A stretch of 64,000 nt of DNA, taken from the NCBI RefSeq assembly GCF_024223415.1, contig NZ_CP100500.1; one strand, written 5' to 3'. The notes beneath the pieces are model-generated. The model ran no database searches and was not told where the DNA came from. It was given only the letters and a program-made list of their open reading frames with translations. The translations under genes were made by a program, and so were the position numbers. The DNA comes from Escherichia coli. GTDB lineage: Bacteria > Pseudomonadota > Gammaproteobacteria > Enterobacterales > Enterobacteriaceae. Positions 1 through 10,554 of the stretch are shown here, piece after piece. Every line of letters begins with the position of its first letter. Positions within the stretch are counted from its first letter, which is position 1.

Positions 1-1559
1 GCGCAGGCTCAGGCAACGTTGTTAATTACGATCCCTCCAACGTGATTATGCTCACCGGACGCGCCTCCGTTGTGGAGCGGCTGACGGAAGTGATCCAGCG
101 TGTGGATCACGCGGGTAATCGCACTGAAGAGGTGATCCCGCTGGATAACGCCTCGGCTTCGGAAATCGCCCGCGTGCTGGAAAGCCTGACTAAAAACAGC
201 GGCGAGAACCAGCCTGCGACGCTGAAATCTCAAATTGTCGCCGACGAACGCACCAACAGTGTGATTGTCAGTGGTGACCCGGCCACGCGGGACAAAATGC
301 GCCGTCTGATCCGTCGGCTGGACTCAGAAATGGAGCGCAGCGGCAACAGCCAGGTTTTCTATCTCAAATACAGCAAAGCGGAAGATCTGGTCGATGTGCT
401 GAAGCAGGTCAGCGGCACGCTCACGGCGGCTAAAGAAGAGGCGGAAGGCACCGTCGGTAGCGGGCGTGAGGTTGTCTCCATCGCCGCCAGCAAACACAGT
501 AATGCCCTGATTGTTACTGCGCCGCAGGACATCATGCAGTCGCTGCAAAGCGTGATTGAACAACTGGATATTCGCCGTGCTCAGGTGCACGTCGAGGCGT
601 TGATCGTGGAAGTTGCCGAAGGTAGCAATATCAATTTCGGCGTGCAGTGGGCGTCGAAAGATGCCGGATTAATGCAGTTTGCTAACGGTACGCAGATCCC
701 TATTGGTACGCTGGGGGCAGCCATTTCTCAGGCGAAACCGCAGAAAGGCTCGACGGTGATCAGTGAAAACGGCGCTACCACCATTAATCCGGATACCAAC
801 GGCGATCTCTCCACGCTCGCCCAGCTTCTTTCCGGCTTTAGCGGTACGGCGGTTGGTGTGGTGAAAGGCGACTGGATGGCGCTGGTGCAGGCGGTTAAAA
901 ACGACTCCAGCTCTAACGTGCTCTCCACGCCGAGCATCACCACGCTGGACAACCAGGAAGCCTTCTTCATGGTGGGTCAGGACGTTCCGGTATTAACCGG
1001 CTCTACCGTTGGCTCCAATAACAGCAATCCTTTCAATACAGTAGAAAGGAAAAAAGTCGGCATCATGCTGAAAGTCACGCCGCAGATTAACGAAGGTAAC
1101 GCGGTACAGATGGTGATTGAGCAGGAAGTCTCGAAGGTGGAAGGACAGACCAGCCTCGACGTGGTGTTTGGTGAGCGCAAACTGAAAACCACCGTACTGG
1201 CTAACGATGGCGAGCTGATCGTGCTTGGCGGTCTGATGGACGACCAGGCGGGAGAAAGTGTGGCGAAAGTGCCGTTACTGGGCGATATCCCATTGATTGG
1301 TAACCTGTTTAAATCGACGGCGGATAAAAAAGAAAAACGTAACCTGATGGTGTTTATCCGCCCGACCATTCTGCGTGACGGTATGGCGGCAGACGGCGTG
1401 TCGCAGCGCAAATATAACTATATGCGCGCCGAGCAGATCTATCGCGATGAACAAGGCTTAAGCCTGATGCCGCACACCGCGCAGCCGGTACTGCCAGCGC
1501 AAAACCAGGCCTTACCGCCGGAAGTACGCGCGTTCCTCAATGCCGGGAGAACGCGTTAA
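1..1559 (+). CDS. gspD: Type II secretion secretin GspD, 5'-truncated by the window edge (frame 3 open from nt 3)
   Basis: Translation carries the secretin C-domain signature '[16 protein letters not shown]'. It is the first gene of a colinear gspD-M set. The reading frame is open upstream of the listed ATG at 42. Confidence 0.9.
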   Translation, partial: AGSGNVVNYDPSNVIMLTGRASVVERLTEVIQRVDHAGNRTEEVIPLDNASASEIARVLESLTKNSGENQPATLKSQIVADERTNSVIVSGDPATRDKMRRLIRRLDSEMERSGNSQVFYLKYSKAEDLVDVLKQVSGTLTAAKEEAEGTVGSGREVVSIAASKHSNALIVTAPQDIMQSLQSVIEQLDIRRAQVHVEALIVEVAEGSNINFGVQWASKDAGLMQFANGTQIPIGTLGAAISQAKPQKGSTVISENGATTINPDTNGDLSTLAQLLSGFSGTAVGVVKGDWMALVQAVKNDSSSNVLSTPSITTLDNQEAFFMVGQDVPVLTGSTVGSNNSNPFNTVERKKVGIMLKVTPQINEGNAVQMVIEQEVSKVEGQTSLDVVFGERKLKTTVLANDGELIVLGGLMDDQAGESVAKVPLLGDIPLIGNLFKSTADKKEKRNLMVFIRPTILRDGMAADGVSQRKYNYMRAEQIYRDEQGLSLMPHTAQPVLPAQNQALPPEVRAFLNAGRTR

Positions 1560-3052
1560 TGGTGCCTGTAGCACAGGAAACCACCGCTAACACCGTGCGT
1601 CTGCCCTACAGTTTCAGCCGTCGGTTTAGCCTGGTGGCATGGTGCGAAGCGTCGCTGGAGATCCTCCATGTTCATCCGTTGTCGCTCTCTGTTTTGCAGG
1701 AGCTACAGCGGGGGCTGAACGCGCCCTTTACGCTGCGGCAAATCGACGAGGCCGAATTTGAACAGCGGCTGAATGCGGTCTGGCAGCGGGACTCTTCCGA
1801 GGCTCGCCAGCTGATGGAAGATCTCGGTTCTGCTGAGGACTTTTTTACCCTCGCGGAAGAACTGCCAGAAACGGAAGATCTGCTGGAAAGTGATGACGAT
1901 GCGCCGATCATCAAACTGATCAACGCCATGCTGGCAGAGGCAATCAAAGAAGGCGCTTCGGATATCCACATCGAGACGTTTGAAAAGAGTCTGGTGATCC
2001 GTTTTCGCGTTGACGGCACATTACATGAAATGCTACGCCCTGGGCGCAAACTGGCCTCGCTGCTGGTATCGCGTATTAAGGTGATGGCACGGCTGGATAT
2101 CGCCGAAAAGCGCGTACCGCAGGATGGACGTATTGCGCTGCTGCTGGGCGGCCGGGCGATTGACGTGCGTGTCTCCACCATGCCTTCCGCCTGGGGTGAG
2201 CGCGTGGTGCTGCGACTGCTGGACAAAAATCAGGCCCGCCTGACGCTGGAGCGTCTGGGGTTGAGTCAGCAACTGACCGCGCAGTTGCGCCAGCTGTTAC
2301 ACAAACCGCACGGCATCTTTCTGGTGACGGGGCCGACGGGTTCCGGCAAAAGCACCACGCTGTATGCCGGATTGCAGGAGCTGAACAACCACTCGCGCAA
2401 CATTCTCACGGTTGAAGACCCCATCGAATACATGATTGAAGGGATAGGTCAGACGCAGGTTAACACTCGCGTCGGCATGACCTTCGCCCGTGGCCTGCGC
2501 GCGATTTTGCGTCAGGACCCGGATGTGGTGATGGTCGGTGAAATCCGCGATACCGAAACCGCAGAAATCGCTGTTCAGGCGTCGCTTACCGGGCATCTGG
2601 TGCTTTCCACGCTGCATACCAACACGGCGGTGGGGGCGATCACGCGTTTGCAGGATATGGGCGTGGAGCCTTTCCTGCTCTCTTCCAGTCTGACGGGCGT
2701 GATGGCGCAGCGACTGGTCCGCACGCTGTGCCCCGACTGCCGCCAGCCCGCGCCTGCCACTGACGAAGAAAAACGCCTGCTGGGAATTACCGACGTGCGT
2801 ACCGTCACTCTGTACCATCCGCAGGGCTGCCCCGCCTGTAATCACAAAGGTTTCCGCGGACGTACTGCCATCCATGAGCTGATCGTGGTAGACGCCACAT
2901 TGCGTGATTTGATCCACCGTCAGGCCGGGGAACTGGAGCTGGAACGTTATGTCCGGCAACACTCTGCGGGTATCCGCAGCAACGGCATTGAGAAAGTGCT
3001 CGCCGGAGAAACCTCTCTCGATGAAGTTCTGCGGGTAACCATGGAGGCGTAA
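1559..3052 (+). CDS. gspE: Type II secretion ATPase GspE
   Basis: Walker A 'GPTGSGKST', tetracysteine 'CPDC...CPAC'. ATG overlaps the gspD stop (TAATG). Confidence 0.95.
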   Translation: MVPVAQETTANTVRLPYSFSRRFSLVAWCEASLEILHVHPLSLSVLQELQRGLNAPFTLRQIDEAEFEQRLNAVWQRDSSEARQLMEDLGSAEDFFTLAEELPETEDLLESDDDAPIIKLINAMLAEAIKEGASDIHIETFEKSLVIRFRVDGTLHEMLRPGRKLASLLVSRIKVMARLDIAEKRVPQDGRIALLLGGRAIDVRVSTMPSAWGERVVLRLLDKNQARLTLERLGLSQQLTAQLRQLLHKPHGIFLVTGPTGSGKSTTLYAGLQELNNHSRNILTVEDPIEYMIEGIGQTQVNTRVGMTFARGLRAILRQDPDVVMVGEIRDTETAEIAVQASLTGHLVLSTLHTNTAVGAITRLQDMGVEPFLLSSSLTGVMAQRLVRTLCPDCRQPAPATDEEKRLLGITDVRTVTLYHPQGCPACNHKGFRGRTAIHELIVVDATLRDLIHRQAGELELERYVRQHSAGIRSNGIEKVLAGETSLDEVLRVTMEA

Positions 3053-4275
3053 TGGCACTGTTTTACTATCAGGCGCTGGAGCGTAATGGTCGCAAAACCA
3101 AAGGCATGATTGAGGCGGATTCCGCACGTCATGCCCGTCAGCTATTGCGCGGTAAAGATCTCATTCCTGTGCATATTGAAACGCGGATGAATGCATCGGC
3201 AGGGGGAATGTTGCAGCGTCGGCGGCACGCACATCGTCGCGTGGCGGCGGCAGATCTGGCGCTGTTCACGCGCCAGCTGGCAACGCTGGTACAGGCAGCA
3301 ATGCCGCTTGAAACCTGCTTACAGGCGGTCAGTGAGCAAAGTGAAAAACTGCATGTGAAAAGCCTCGGAATGGCGCTGCGCAGCCGGATTCAGGAAGGTT
3401 ATACCCTGTCGGACAGCCTGCGCGAACATCCCCGCGTCTTTGATTCTCTGTTTTGTTCGATGGTTGCTGCCGGAGAAAAATCCGGGCATCTCGACGTGGT
3501 GCTTAATCGCCTGGCGGATTACACCGAACAGCGACAGCGCCTGAAATCACGTCTATTGCAGGCCATGCTCTATCCGCTGGTTCTGCTGGTGGTGGCAACG
3601 GGCGTGGTCACTATTTTGCTGACGGCAGTGGTGCCGAAAATCATCGAACAGTTCGATCACCTCGGACACGCGCTGCCCGCCACCACCCGCGCGCTTATCG
3701 CCATGAGTGACGCGTTACAGGCCAGCGGCGTTTACTGGCTGGCGGGATTGCTGGCGCTTCTGGTGTTGGGGCAACGGCTACTCAAAAATCCTGCGATGCG
3801 CCTGCGCTGGGATAAAACCTTGCTGCGCCTGCCTGTGACGGGGCGTGTTGCGCGCGGGCTGAATACGGCGCGGTTTTCCCGCACATTAAGCATTCTCACC
3901 GCCAGCAGTGTTCCGCTACTGGAAGGCATTCAGACCGCTGCCGCTGTGTCGGCAAATCGCTATGTCGAGCAACAACTGCTGCTGGCGGCAGATCGCGTCC
4001 GCGAAGGAAGCAGTCTGCGCGCCGCGCTGGCGGAGTTGCGCCTGTTCCCCCCGATGATGCTGTACATGATCGCCTCCGGCGAACAGAGCGGTGAACTGGA
4101 AACCATGCTTGAACAGGCCGCAGTTAACCAGGAGCGGGAATTTGATACCCAGGTGGGGCTGGCGTTAGGGCTGTTTGAGCCGGCGCTGGTGGTGATGATG
4201 GCGGGCGTGGTGCTGTTTATCGTCATCGCCATCCTCGAGCCGATGCTGCAACTGAACAATATGGTTGGAATGTAA
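3052..4275 (+). CDS. gspF: Type II secretion inner-membrane platform protein GspF
   Basis: ~400 aa polytopic protein in the GspF position; ATG overlaps the gspE stop. Confidence 0.9.
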   Translation: MALFYYQALERNGRKTKGMIEADSARHARQLLRGKDLIPVHIETRMNASAGGMLQRRRHAHRRVAAADLALFTRQLATLVQAAMPLETCLQAVSEQSEKLHVKSLGMALRSRIQEGYTLSDSLREHPRVFDSLFCSMVAAGEKSGHLDVVLNRLADYTEQRQRLKSRLLQAMLYPLVLLVVATGVVTILLTAVVPKIIEQFDHLGHALPATTRALIAMSDALQASGVYWLAGLLALLVLGQRLLKNPAMRLRWDKTLLRLPVTGRVARGLNTARFSRTLSILTASSVPLLEGIQTAAAVSANRYVEQQLLLAADRVREGSSLRAALAELRLFPPMMLYMIASGEQSGELETMLEQAAVNQEREFDTQVGLALGLFEPALVVMMAGVVLFIVIAILEPMLQLNNMVGM

Positions 4276-4291
4276 TTTACGGAGTTATCAC

Positions 4292-4747
4292 ATGAATTCG
4301 TTATCCCGCACACAAAAACCACGGGCAGGTTTTACCCTGCTGGAAGTGATGGTGGTGATTGTTATTCTTGGCGTCCTGGCAAGTCTGGTGGTGCCTAACC
4401 TGTTGGGCAATAAAGAGAAAGCGGATCGGCAAAAAGCCATCAGCGATATCGTGGCGCTGGAAAACGCACTGGATATGTACCGACTGGATAACGGGCGTTA
4501 TCCAACTACCGAGCAGGGGCTTGAGGCGCTGATCCAGCAGCCAGCCAATATGGCGGATTCCCGCAACTACCGTACCGGTGGGTACATTAAACGACTGCCA
4601 AAAGATCCGTGGGGCAATGATTATCAGTATCTCAGCCCGGGTGAAAAAGGACTGTTTGATGTTTACACCCTGGGGGCGGATGGTCAGGAAAATGGGGAAG
4701 GTGCTGGCGCAGATATCGGTAACTGGAATTTGCAGGAGTTTCAGTAA
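4292..4747 (+). CDS. gspG: Major pseudopilin GspG
   Basis: Prepilin leader and cleavage motif 'RAGFTLLEVMVV'. GGAG lies 8 nt upstream of the ATG at 4292, so I prefer it to the track start at 4265. Confidence 0.9.
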   Translation: MNSLSRTQKPRAGFTLLEVMVVIVILGVLASLVVPNLLGNKEKADRQKAISDIVALENALDMYRLDNGRYPTTEQGLEALIQQPANMADSRNYRTGGYIKRLPKDPWGNDYQYLSPGEKGLFDVYTLGADGQENGEGAGADIGNWNLQEFQ

Positions 4748-4750
4748 GCA

Positions 4751-5314
4751 GTGCCTGAACGCGGATTCACACTTCTGGAAATCATGCTGGTGATTTTCCT
4801 TATCGGCCTTGCCAGTGCGGGCGTGGTACAGACTTTTGCGACCGATTCTGAATCGCCCGCGAAAAAAGCGGCGCAGGATTTTCTGACTCGCTTTGCGCAG
4901 TTTAAAGACAGGGCAGTGATCGAAGGGCAGACACTCGGTGTACTAATCGACCCGCCGGGATACCAGTTTATGCAACGTCGTCAGGGGCAGTGGTTGCCCG
5001 TTTCTGCGACCCGGTTATCGGCACAGGTTACGGTGCCGAAACAGGTGCAGATGCTGTTACAACCCGGAAGTGATATCTGGCAGAAGGAATATGCGCTGGA
5101 GCTGCAACGTCGTCGCCTGACGCTGCACGATATTGAACTGGAGTTGCAAAAAGAGGCGAAAAAGAAGACGCCGCAGATCCGTTTTTCGCCTTTTGAACCC
5201 GCCACGCCGTTTACGCTGCGCTTCTACTCAGCGGCGCAAAACGCATGTTGGGCGGTAAAACTGGCACACGATGGCGCGTTATCCCTCAGTCAATGTGATG
5301 AGAGGATGCCATGA
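4751..5314 (+). CDS. gspH: Minor pseudopilin GspH
   Basis: N-terminal 'RGFTLLEIMLV' prepilin motif; synteny; GTG start. Confidence 0.8.
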   Translation: MPERGFTLLEIMLVIFLIGLASAGVVQTFATDSESPAKKAAQDFLTRFAQFKDRAVIEGQTLGVLIDPPGYQFMQRRQGQWLPVSATRLSAQVTVPKQVQMLLQPGSDIWQKEYALELQRRRLTLHDIELELQKEAKKKTPQIRFSPFEPATPFTLRFYSAAQNACWAVKLAHDGALSLSQCDERMP

Positions 5315-5682
5315 AGCGCGGATTTACCTTGCTGGAAGTGATGCTCGCACTGGCGATTTTTGCGCTGGCTGCCACGGCGGTGTTACAGATTGCCAGCGGT
5401 GCGCTGAGTAATCAGCACGTTCTTGAGGAGAAAACGGTAGCAGGCTGGGTGGCTGAAAACCAGACCGCGCTGCTCTACCTGATGACCCGTGAACAACGGG
5501 CGGTCAGGCATCAGGGCGAGAGCGACATGGCAGGAAACCGCTGGTACTGGCGAACCACACCGCTGAATACAGGTAACGCGCTGCTCCAGGCGGTGGATAT
5601 TGAAGTCAGCCGTCACGAAGACTTTTCGTCGGTAATTCAGTCACGACGCGCCTGGTTTAGCGCCGTGGGAGGCCAACAGTGA
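5311..5682 (+). CDS. gspI: Minor pseudopilin GspI
   Basis: 'KRGFTLLEVMLA' prepilin motif; 4-nt overlap with gspH. Confidence 0.8.
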   Translation: MKRGFTLLEVMLALAIFALAATAVLQIASGALSNQHVLEEKTVAGWVAENQTALLYLMTREQRAVRHQGESDMAGNRWYWRTTPLNTGNALLQAVDIEVSRHEDFSSVIQSRRAWFSAVGGQQ

Positions 5683-6284
5683 GAAGGGCTCGCGCTGGTT
5701 TCACGTTACTGGAAATGCTGGTGGCAATTGCCATTTTTGCCTCGCTGGCACTGATGGCGCAGCAGGTGACTAACGGCGTCACGCGCGTGAATAGCGCCGT
5801 CACCGGACACGATCAAAAACTAAACCTCATGCAGCAAACGATGAGTTTTCTGACCCACGATCTGACCCAAATGATGCCGCGTCCGGTAAGAGGCGATCAG
5901 GGCCAGCGTGAATCAGCGTTACTGGCGGGCGCTGGCGTGCTGGCGTCTGAGAGTGAAGGAATGCGCTTTGTACGCGGCGGCGTGGTTAATCCGTTGATGC
6001 GTCTGCCGCGCAGTAATCTGCTCACCGTCGGTTACCGCATTCATGACGGTTATCTCGAACGGTTAGCCTGGCCGCTGACCGACGCAGCAGGCAGCGTGAA
6101 GCCAACAACGCAAAAGTTGATTCCGGCGGATTCGCTCCGTTTGCAGTTCTACGACGGCACACGCTGGCAGGAGAGCTGGTCATCACTTCAGGCGATCCCA
6201 GTGGCGGTACGCATGACCCTGCACTCGCCGCAATGGGGCGAGATTGAACGCATCTGGTTGTTACGCGGGCCGCAATTATCATGA
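5679..6284 (+). CDS. gspJ: Minor pseudopilin GspJ
   Basis: 'RAGFTLLEMLVA' prepilin motif; overlapping start; synteny. Confidence 0.8.
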   Translation: MRRARAGFTLLEMLVAIAIFASLALMAQQVTNGVTRVNSAVTGHDQKLNLMQQTMSFLTHDLTQMMPRPVRGDQGQRESALLAGAGVLASESEGMRFVRGGVVNPLMRLPRSNLLTVGYRIHDGYLERLAWPLTDAAGSVKPTTQKLIPADSLRLQFYDGTRWQESWSSLQAIPVAVRMTLHSPQWGEIERIWLLRGPQLS

Positions 6285-7258
6285 TCAGCTCACCACCAAA
6301 ACGCGGAATGGCACTGGTTGTGGTGCTGGTATTACTGGCAGTTATGATGCTGGTGACTATCACGCTTTCCGGGCGGATGCAGCAACAACTTGGGCGAACC
6401 CGCAGCCAGCAGGAGTACCAGCAGGCGCTGTGGTATAGCGCCAGTGCAGAAAGTCTGGCGTTGAGCGCACTCAGTCTGAGCCTGAAAAATGAAAAGCGCG
6501 TGCATCTGGCACAGCCGTGGGCTTCCGGCCCTCGTTTTTTCCCACTGCCGCAGGGGCAAATCGCCGTCACTCTGCGTGACGCACAGACGTGCTTTAACCT
6601 GAATGTCCTCGCTCAGCCGACGACGGCGTCGCGTCCGCTCGCGTTACAACAACTGATTGCCCTGATCTCGCGCCTCGATGTGCCTGCTTATCGGGCCGAA
6701 CTGATAGCCGAAAGCCTGTGGGAGTTTATTGATGAAGACCGCAGCGTGCAGACGCGTCTGGGCCGTGAAGACAGCGAATATCTCGCCCGCTCGGTGCCTT
6801 TCTACGCCGCCAATCAACCGCTGGCCGATATCAGCGAGATGCGCGTGGTGCAGGGAATGGACGCCGGGCTTTATCAAAAACTGAAACCGCTGGTCTGTGC
6901 GCTGCCGATGACCCGCCAGCAAATCAACATCAATACTTTAGACGTCACGCAAAGTGTGATTCTTGAGGCGCTGTTTGACCCGTGGTTAAGCCCTGTTCAG
7001 GCGCGGGCGTTATTACAACAACGTCCGGCGAAGGGCTGGGAAGATGTCGATCAGTTTCTTGCACAGCCGCTACTTGCTGACGTCGATGAGCGTACTAAAA
7101 AACAGCTAAAAACCGTCCTGAGCGTGGACAGCAATTACTTCTGGCTGCGTTCAGATATCACCGTGAATGAGATTGAACTGACGATGAATTCGTTAATTGT
7201 CCGCATGGGCCCACAGCACTTTTCTGTTCTCTGGCATCAGACAGGAGAAAGTGAGTGA
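6281..7258 (+). CDS. gspK: Minor pseudopilin GspK
   Basis: ~325 aa with an N-terminal hydrophobic segment, in the GspK position. Confidence 0.8.
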   Translation: MISSPPKRGMALVVVLVLLAVMMLVTITLSGRMQQQLGRTRSQQEYQQALWYSASAESLALSALSLSLKNEKRVHLAQPWASGPRFFPLPQGQIAVTLRDAQTCFNLNVLAQPTTASRPLALQQLIALISRLDVPAYRAELIAESLWEFIDEDRSVQTRLGREDSEYLARSVPFYAANQPLADISEMRVVQGMDAGLYQKLKPLVCALPMTRQQININTLDVTQSVILEALFDPWLSPVQARALLQQRPAKGWEDVDQFLAQPLLADVDERTKKQLKTVLSVDSNYFWLRSDITVNEIELTMNSLIVRMGPQHFSVLWHQTGESE

Positions 7259-8433
7259 GTTCCATCCTTGAGATTTTTTTCCCACTTTGCGCCGCTAATC
7301 CCATCCGTTGGCAGCGCCGTACTCCCGACGTGGAGCACGGTATCTGGCCTGACGTTGCTGACGAACGTCTCCAACAATGGCTGCAAACTGATGCGATTCG
7401 ACTCTACATTCCCGGCGAATGGATCAGCATCTGGCAGGTTGAACTGCCTGATGTCCCTCGCAAGCAGATACCAACTATTCTGCCCGCCTTACTGGAAGAA
7501 GAGCTGAACCAGGATATCGATGAACTGCATTTCGCCCCGTTGAAAATCGACCAGCAACTGGCAACCGTGGCAGTGATTCACCAACAGCATATGCGCAACA
7601 TTGCGCAGTGGTTGCAGGAAAACGGCATCACCCGCGCTACCGTCGCGCCAGACTGGATGTCTATTCCTTGTGGATTTATGGCTGGCGATGCGCAACGGGT
7701 TATCTGCCGCATCGATGAATGCCGGGGATGGAGCGCCGGGCGGGCGCTGGCTCCGGTCATGTTCCGCGCCCAGCTAAATGAGCAGGATTTACCGCTTTCG
7801 CTAACGGTAGTCGGCATTGCACCGGAAGAGCTATCAGCATGGGCTGGCGCAGATGCTGAACGCCTGACCGTTACGGCTCTGCCCGCCATTACCACTTATG
7901 GCGAACCGGAAGGGAACCTGCTAACAGGGCCGTGGCAGCCTCGCGTCAGCTACCGAAAACAGTGGGCGCGCTGGCGGGTGATGATTCTGCCGATATTGCT
8001 GATTCTGGTTGCGCTGGCAGTGGAACGGGGCGTGACGTTATGGAGCGTCAGCGAACAGGTGACGCAAAGCCGCGACCAGGCGGAGAAACAGTTCTTAACG
8101 TTGTTCCCAGAGCAGAAGCGGATTGTGAATTTACGCTCTCAGGTGACGATGGCGCTGAAAAAATATCGCCCACAGGCCGACGATACCCGGCTGCTCGCCG
8201 AGTTGTCAGCGATAGCAAGCACCCTGAAATCAGCGTCACTTTCCGACATCGAGATGCGTGGTTTCACCTTTGATCAAAAACGCCAGACGCTTCACCTCCA
8301 GTTGCGGGCAGCAAACTTTGCCAGTTTCGACAAACTGCGTAGTGCACTGGCAACCGATTATGTTGTGCAACAGGACGCGTTACAGAAAGAGGGTGATGCG
8401 GTTTCCGGCGGCGTAACGTTGCGGAGGAAATAA
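7255..8433 (+). CDS. gspL: Type II secretion assembly protein GspL (YghE-type)
   Basis: ~390 aa bitopic protein with a central TM ('WRVMILPILLILVALAV'); synteny. Confidence 0.8.
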   Translation: MSSILEIFFPLCAANPIRWQRRTPDVEHGIWPDVADERLQQWLQTDAIRLYIPGEWISIWQVELPDVPRKQIPTILPALLEEELNQDIDELHFAPLKIDQQLATVAVIHQQHMRNIAQWLQENGITRATVAPDWMSIPCGFMAGDAQRVICRIDECRGWSAGRALAPVMFRAQLNEQDLPLSLTVVGIAPEELSAWAGADAERLTVTALPAITTYGEPEGNLLTGPWQPRVSYRKQWARWRVMILPILLILVALAVERGVTLWSVSEQVTQSRDQAEKQFLTLFPEQKRIVNLRSQVTMALKKYRPQADDTRLLAELSAIASTLKSASLSDIEMRGFTFDQKRQTLHLQLRAANFASFDKLRSALATDYVVQQDALQKEGDAVSGGVTLRRK

Positions 8434-8434
8434 C

Positions 8435-8971
8435 ATGTTACGCGATAATTTTATTCACTATTTTCAGCAATGGCGTGAACGCCAGTTAAGCCGTGGCGAA
8501 CACTGGCTGGCACAACACCTGGCGGGGCGTTCGCCGCGTGAAAAGGGCATGTTACTGGCAGCGGTGGTGTTCCTGTTTAGCGTCGGATATTACGTCCTCA
8601 TCTGGCAGCCGTTGAGCGAACGGATAGAACAACAGGAGACGATGTTGCAGCAGCTGGTGGCAATGAACACCCGACTGAAGAACGCCGCGCCGGATATTAT
8701 TGCAGCGCGAAAATCTGCCACAACAACGCCTGCGCAGGTATCGCGGGTCATCAGCGATAGTGCTTCTGCGCACTCAGTGGTTATCAAGCGGATAGCCGAG
8801 CGCGGGGAGAATATTCAGGTCTGGATAGAACCTGTGGTGTTTAATGATCTGCTGATCTGGTTAAACGCACTGGATGAAAAATATGCGCTGCGGGTAACAC
8901 AAATTGATGTCAGTGCTGCTGAGAAGCTTGGGATGGTGAATGTGCAGCGGCTGGAGTTTGGACGGGGGTAA
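8435..8971 (+). CDS. gspM: Type II secretion protein GspM (YghD-type)
   Basis: 178 aa with a single N-proximal TM; last gene of the operon. Confidence 0.75.
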   Translation: MLRDNFIHYFQQWRERQLSRGEHWLAQHLAGRSPREKGMLLAAVVFLFSVGYYVLIWQPLSERIEQQETMLQQLVAMNTRLKNAAPDIIAARKSATTTPAQVSRVISDSASAHSVVIKRIAERGENIQVWIEPVVFNDLLIWLNALDEKYALRVTQIDVSAAEKLGMVNVQRLEFGRG

Positions 8972-9077
8972 AGTATCAGGAGATTAATATCAATAAAATT
9001 ACTCTCGTTAACGTGGCGAGAGTAATTCACCCAGACTTTATAAGCTAATTTTTTTCGTGAAGGTTATTGTCAGATCC

Positions 9078-9107
9078 AAAAGCAAAAACCCGCCTTGTGG
9101 GCGGGTT
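9078..9107 (-). terminator. Rho-independent terminator read on the minus strand (native tRNA-Phe terminator)
   Basis: Stem AACCCGCC (9087-9094) / GGCGGGTT (9100-9107). On the minus strand it is followed by TTTTTGCTTTTGG. It lies directly downstream of the tRNA-Phe 3'-end repeat. Confidence 0.7.
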
Positions 9108-9119
9108 CTTAAGAATTAG

Positions 9120-9139
9120 TGGTGCCCGGACTCGGAATC
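9120..9139 (-). repeat. Partial tRNA-Phe 3' end (20 nt): distal att repeat of the island
   Basis: 'TGGTGCCCGGACTCGGAATC' is the reverse complement of the E. coli tRNA-Phe 3' end (…GATTCCGAGTCCGGGCACCA). Similarity stops after 20 nt. Confidence 0.85.
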
Positions 9140-9326
9140 ATATCCACGATTAACATACTGTTTGTTATTGGTTTTGTTGCGATTTCTTGTAAACAGCGCC
9201 CCCACTAAAGCCCCCATAAAAAATCGCTTTGGTTTTGTGAGGGTTATCACGAAAAATCAATGTTAAGTGGAGGGCTTCGTTATGTGTGGAGTTATGACCC
9301 TGGCCCAAAATCAGTGCAGTGCTAAA

Positions 9327-10175
9327 TCAGAGATCTTCGTCTTTCCGGAGACTTCGGATGAATTCAGCCGGAGTCATGTCATTTAATGATGAATGCGTCC
9401 TTTCATGATTGTATTCCCTGCGCCAGCTGTCGAGTTTGTCCTGCGCATCTTCCAGTGACAGGAACCAGTGAATGTTCAGACACTCATCCCGTAGACTGCC
9501 GTTAAATGATTCAATAAACGGGTTATCTGTCGGCTTCCCGGGGCGCGAGAAGTCCATGGTCACTCCGTGTTCATACGCCCATTTATCCAGACTTTTTGAG
9601 ATAAACTCGCTGCCGTTATCTGTCTGAATACGTACCGGCAGGCGCTTACCCGGCACCCGCAACCCTTCCATCACACCGACCACATCCTCGCCTTTCAGCG
9701 ACTTTCCGGCATGGATCGCCAGACACTCCCGACTAAAATTATCGACTACAGTCAGCGCCCGGAAACGCCGTCCGTTAAACAGATTATCCGACACGAAATC
9801 CATATTCCAGCACTGATCGACACCGGTCAGGATGGGACGCTGTTGGCGATGTGCTGCACTGACATGCCTGCACGGACGTTTTCTCCGCAGGTTAAGTCCT
9901 TCCAGACAATAAATCCGGTGTGTTTTCTTGTGGTTAACAGGCCAGCCTTCCTGCCGTAACTGGATATGAATACGCGGGCAACCGTAGCGGATCCGGGTTT
10001 CCGCTATCTCCCTGATGCGCAGGGTTATCGCCCGATCATCTCGCCGACTCTGCCAGTGGTAAACGGTTCTGCTCTGTATCAGCAGTCCACATCCCCGTCG
10101 GACACTGATACGGTAAGCTTCCCGCAGAAAATGTACCGCCTGACGCTTCTGAGCCGGCCTCAGAACTTTTGTTTC
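9327..10175 (-). CDS. IS3-family transposase OrfB (DDE), expressed by -1 frameshift from OrfA
   Basis: The frame is open without an ATG from the 'ACAAAAG' region at the orfA end. It reads '...RYGCPRIHIQLRQEGWPVNHKKTHRIY...MDFVSDNLFNGRRFRALTVVDNFSRE...DNGSEF'. Confidence 0.8.
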   Translation of the reverse strand, partial: ETKVLRPAQKRQAVHFLREAYRISVRRGCGLLIQSRTVYHWQSRRDDRAITLRIREIAETRIRYGCPRIHIQLRQEGWPVNHKKTHRIYCLEGLNLRRKRPCRHVSAAHRQQRPILTGVDQCWNMDFVSDNLFNGRRFRALTVVDNFSRECLAIHAGKSLKGEDVVGVMEGLRVPGKRLPVRIQTDNGSEFISKSLDKWAYEHGVTMDFSRPGKPTDNPFIESFNGSLRDECLNIHWFLSLEDAQDKLDSWRREYNHERTHSSLNDMTPAEFIRSLRKDEDL

Positions 10176-10426
10176 AGTACCTCCTGCAACATCTCCTTAT
10201 CCAGACTCAGATCAGCCACCAGTTTCTTCAGCCGCTGATTTTCATCCTCCAGTTGCCGCAGACGCCGCAGTTCCGTCACGCCCAGACCGGCAAATTTCTT
10301 CTTCCAGTTGTAAAAGGTGGCCTCAGAAATACCCATCTTTCTGCAGACTTCCCCGACGCGGGTGCCGGTTTCGGCCTGTTTCAGCGCAAACGCAATCTGT
10401 TCTTCGGTATAACGGGTCTTTTTCAT
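10160..10426 (-). CDS. IS3-family transposase OrfA (HTH)
   Basis: 'MKKTRYTEEQIAFALKQAETGTRVGEVCRKMGISEATFYNWKKKF' followed by a leucine zipper. Confidence 0.9.
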   Translation of the reverse strand: MKKTRYTEEQIAFALKQAETGTRVGEVCRKMGISEATFYNWKKKFAGLGVTELRRLRQLEDENQRLKKLVADLSLDKEMLQEVLKQKF

Positions 10427-10554
10427 GGTAATAAGCCTCTCTGTGAGCAGGAAGAAAGACCGGAGACTTCAGTTTAGACTGGTACTGTTTTCAGGGGGGA
10501 GATCAGTTAGGTTCACACATAACGAATTCTAAAAACACCGCCCTAAATTTTCCG

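Larger units (their letters stand above)
9295..10505 (-). mobile_element. Intact IS3-family insertion sequence (IS407-group-like), 1211 bp
   Basis: Imperfect terminal inverted repeats TGACCCTGGCCCAAAATCAGTGCAGTGCTAAA and TGATCTCCCCCCTGAAAACAGTACCAGTCTAAA. Flanking 4-bp direct repeat GTTA (9291-9294 and 10506-9). orfA and orfB show a -1 frameshift arrangement. Confidence 0.85.

Noticed and set aside
977-3127. Long minus-strand ORFs inside gspD/gspE (977..1411, 1672..2226, 2297..3127), and 6022..6570 inside gspJ/K
   Set aside because: They lie antisense to genes with clear T2SS signatures. Their Arg/Ser/Cys-rich composition is typical of shadow ORFs, and they lack RBSs and recognisable motifs.
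9120-9139. Annotating a tRNA-Phe gene at 9120 or 31626
   Set aside because: Only 20-22 nt of the 3' end are present and the similarity breaks immediately afterwards. These are att-type repeats, not genes.
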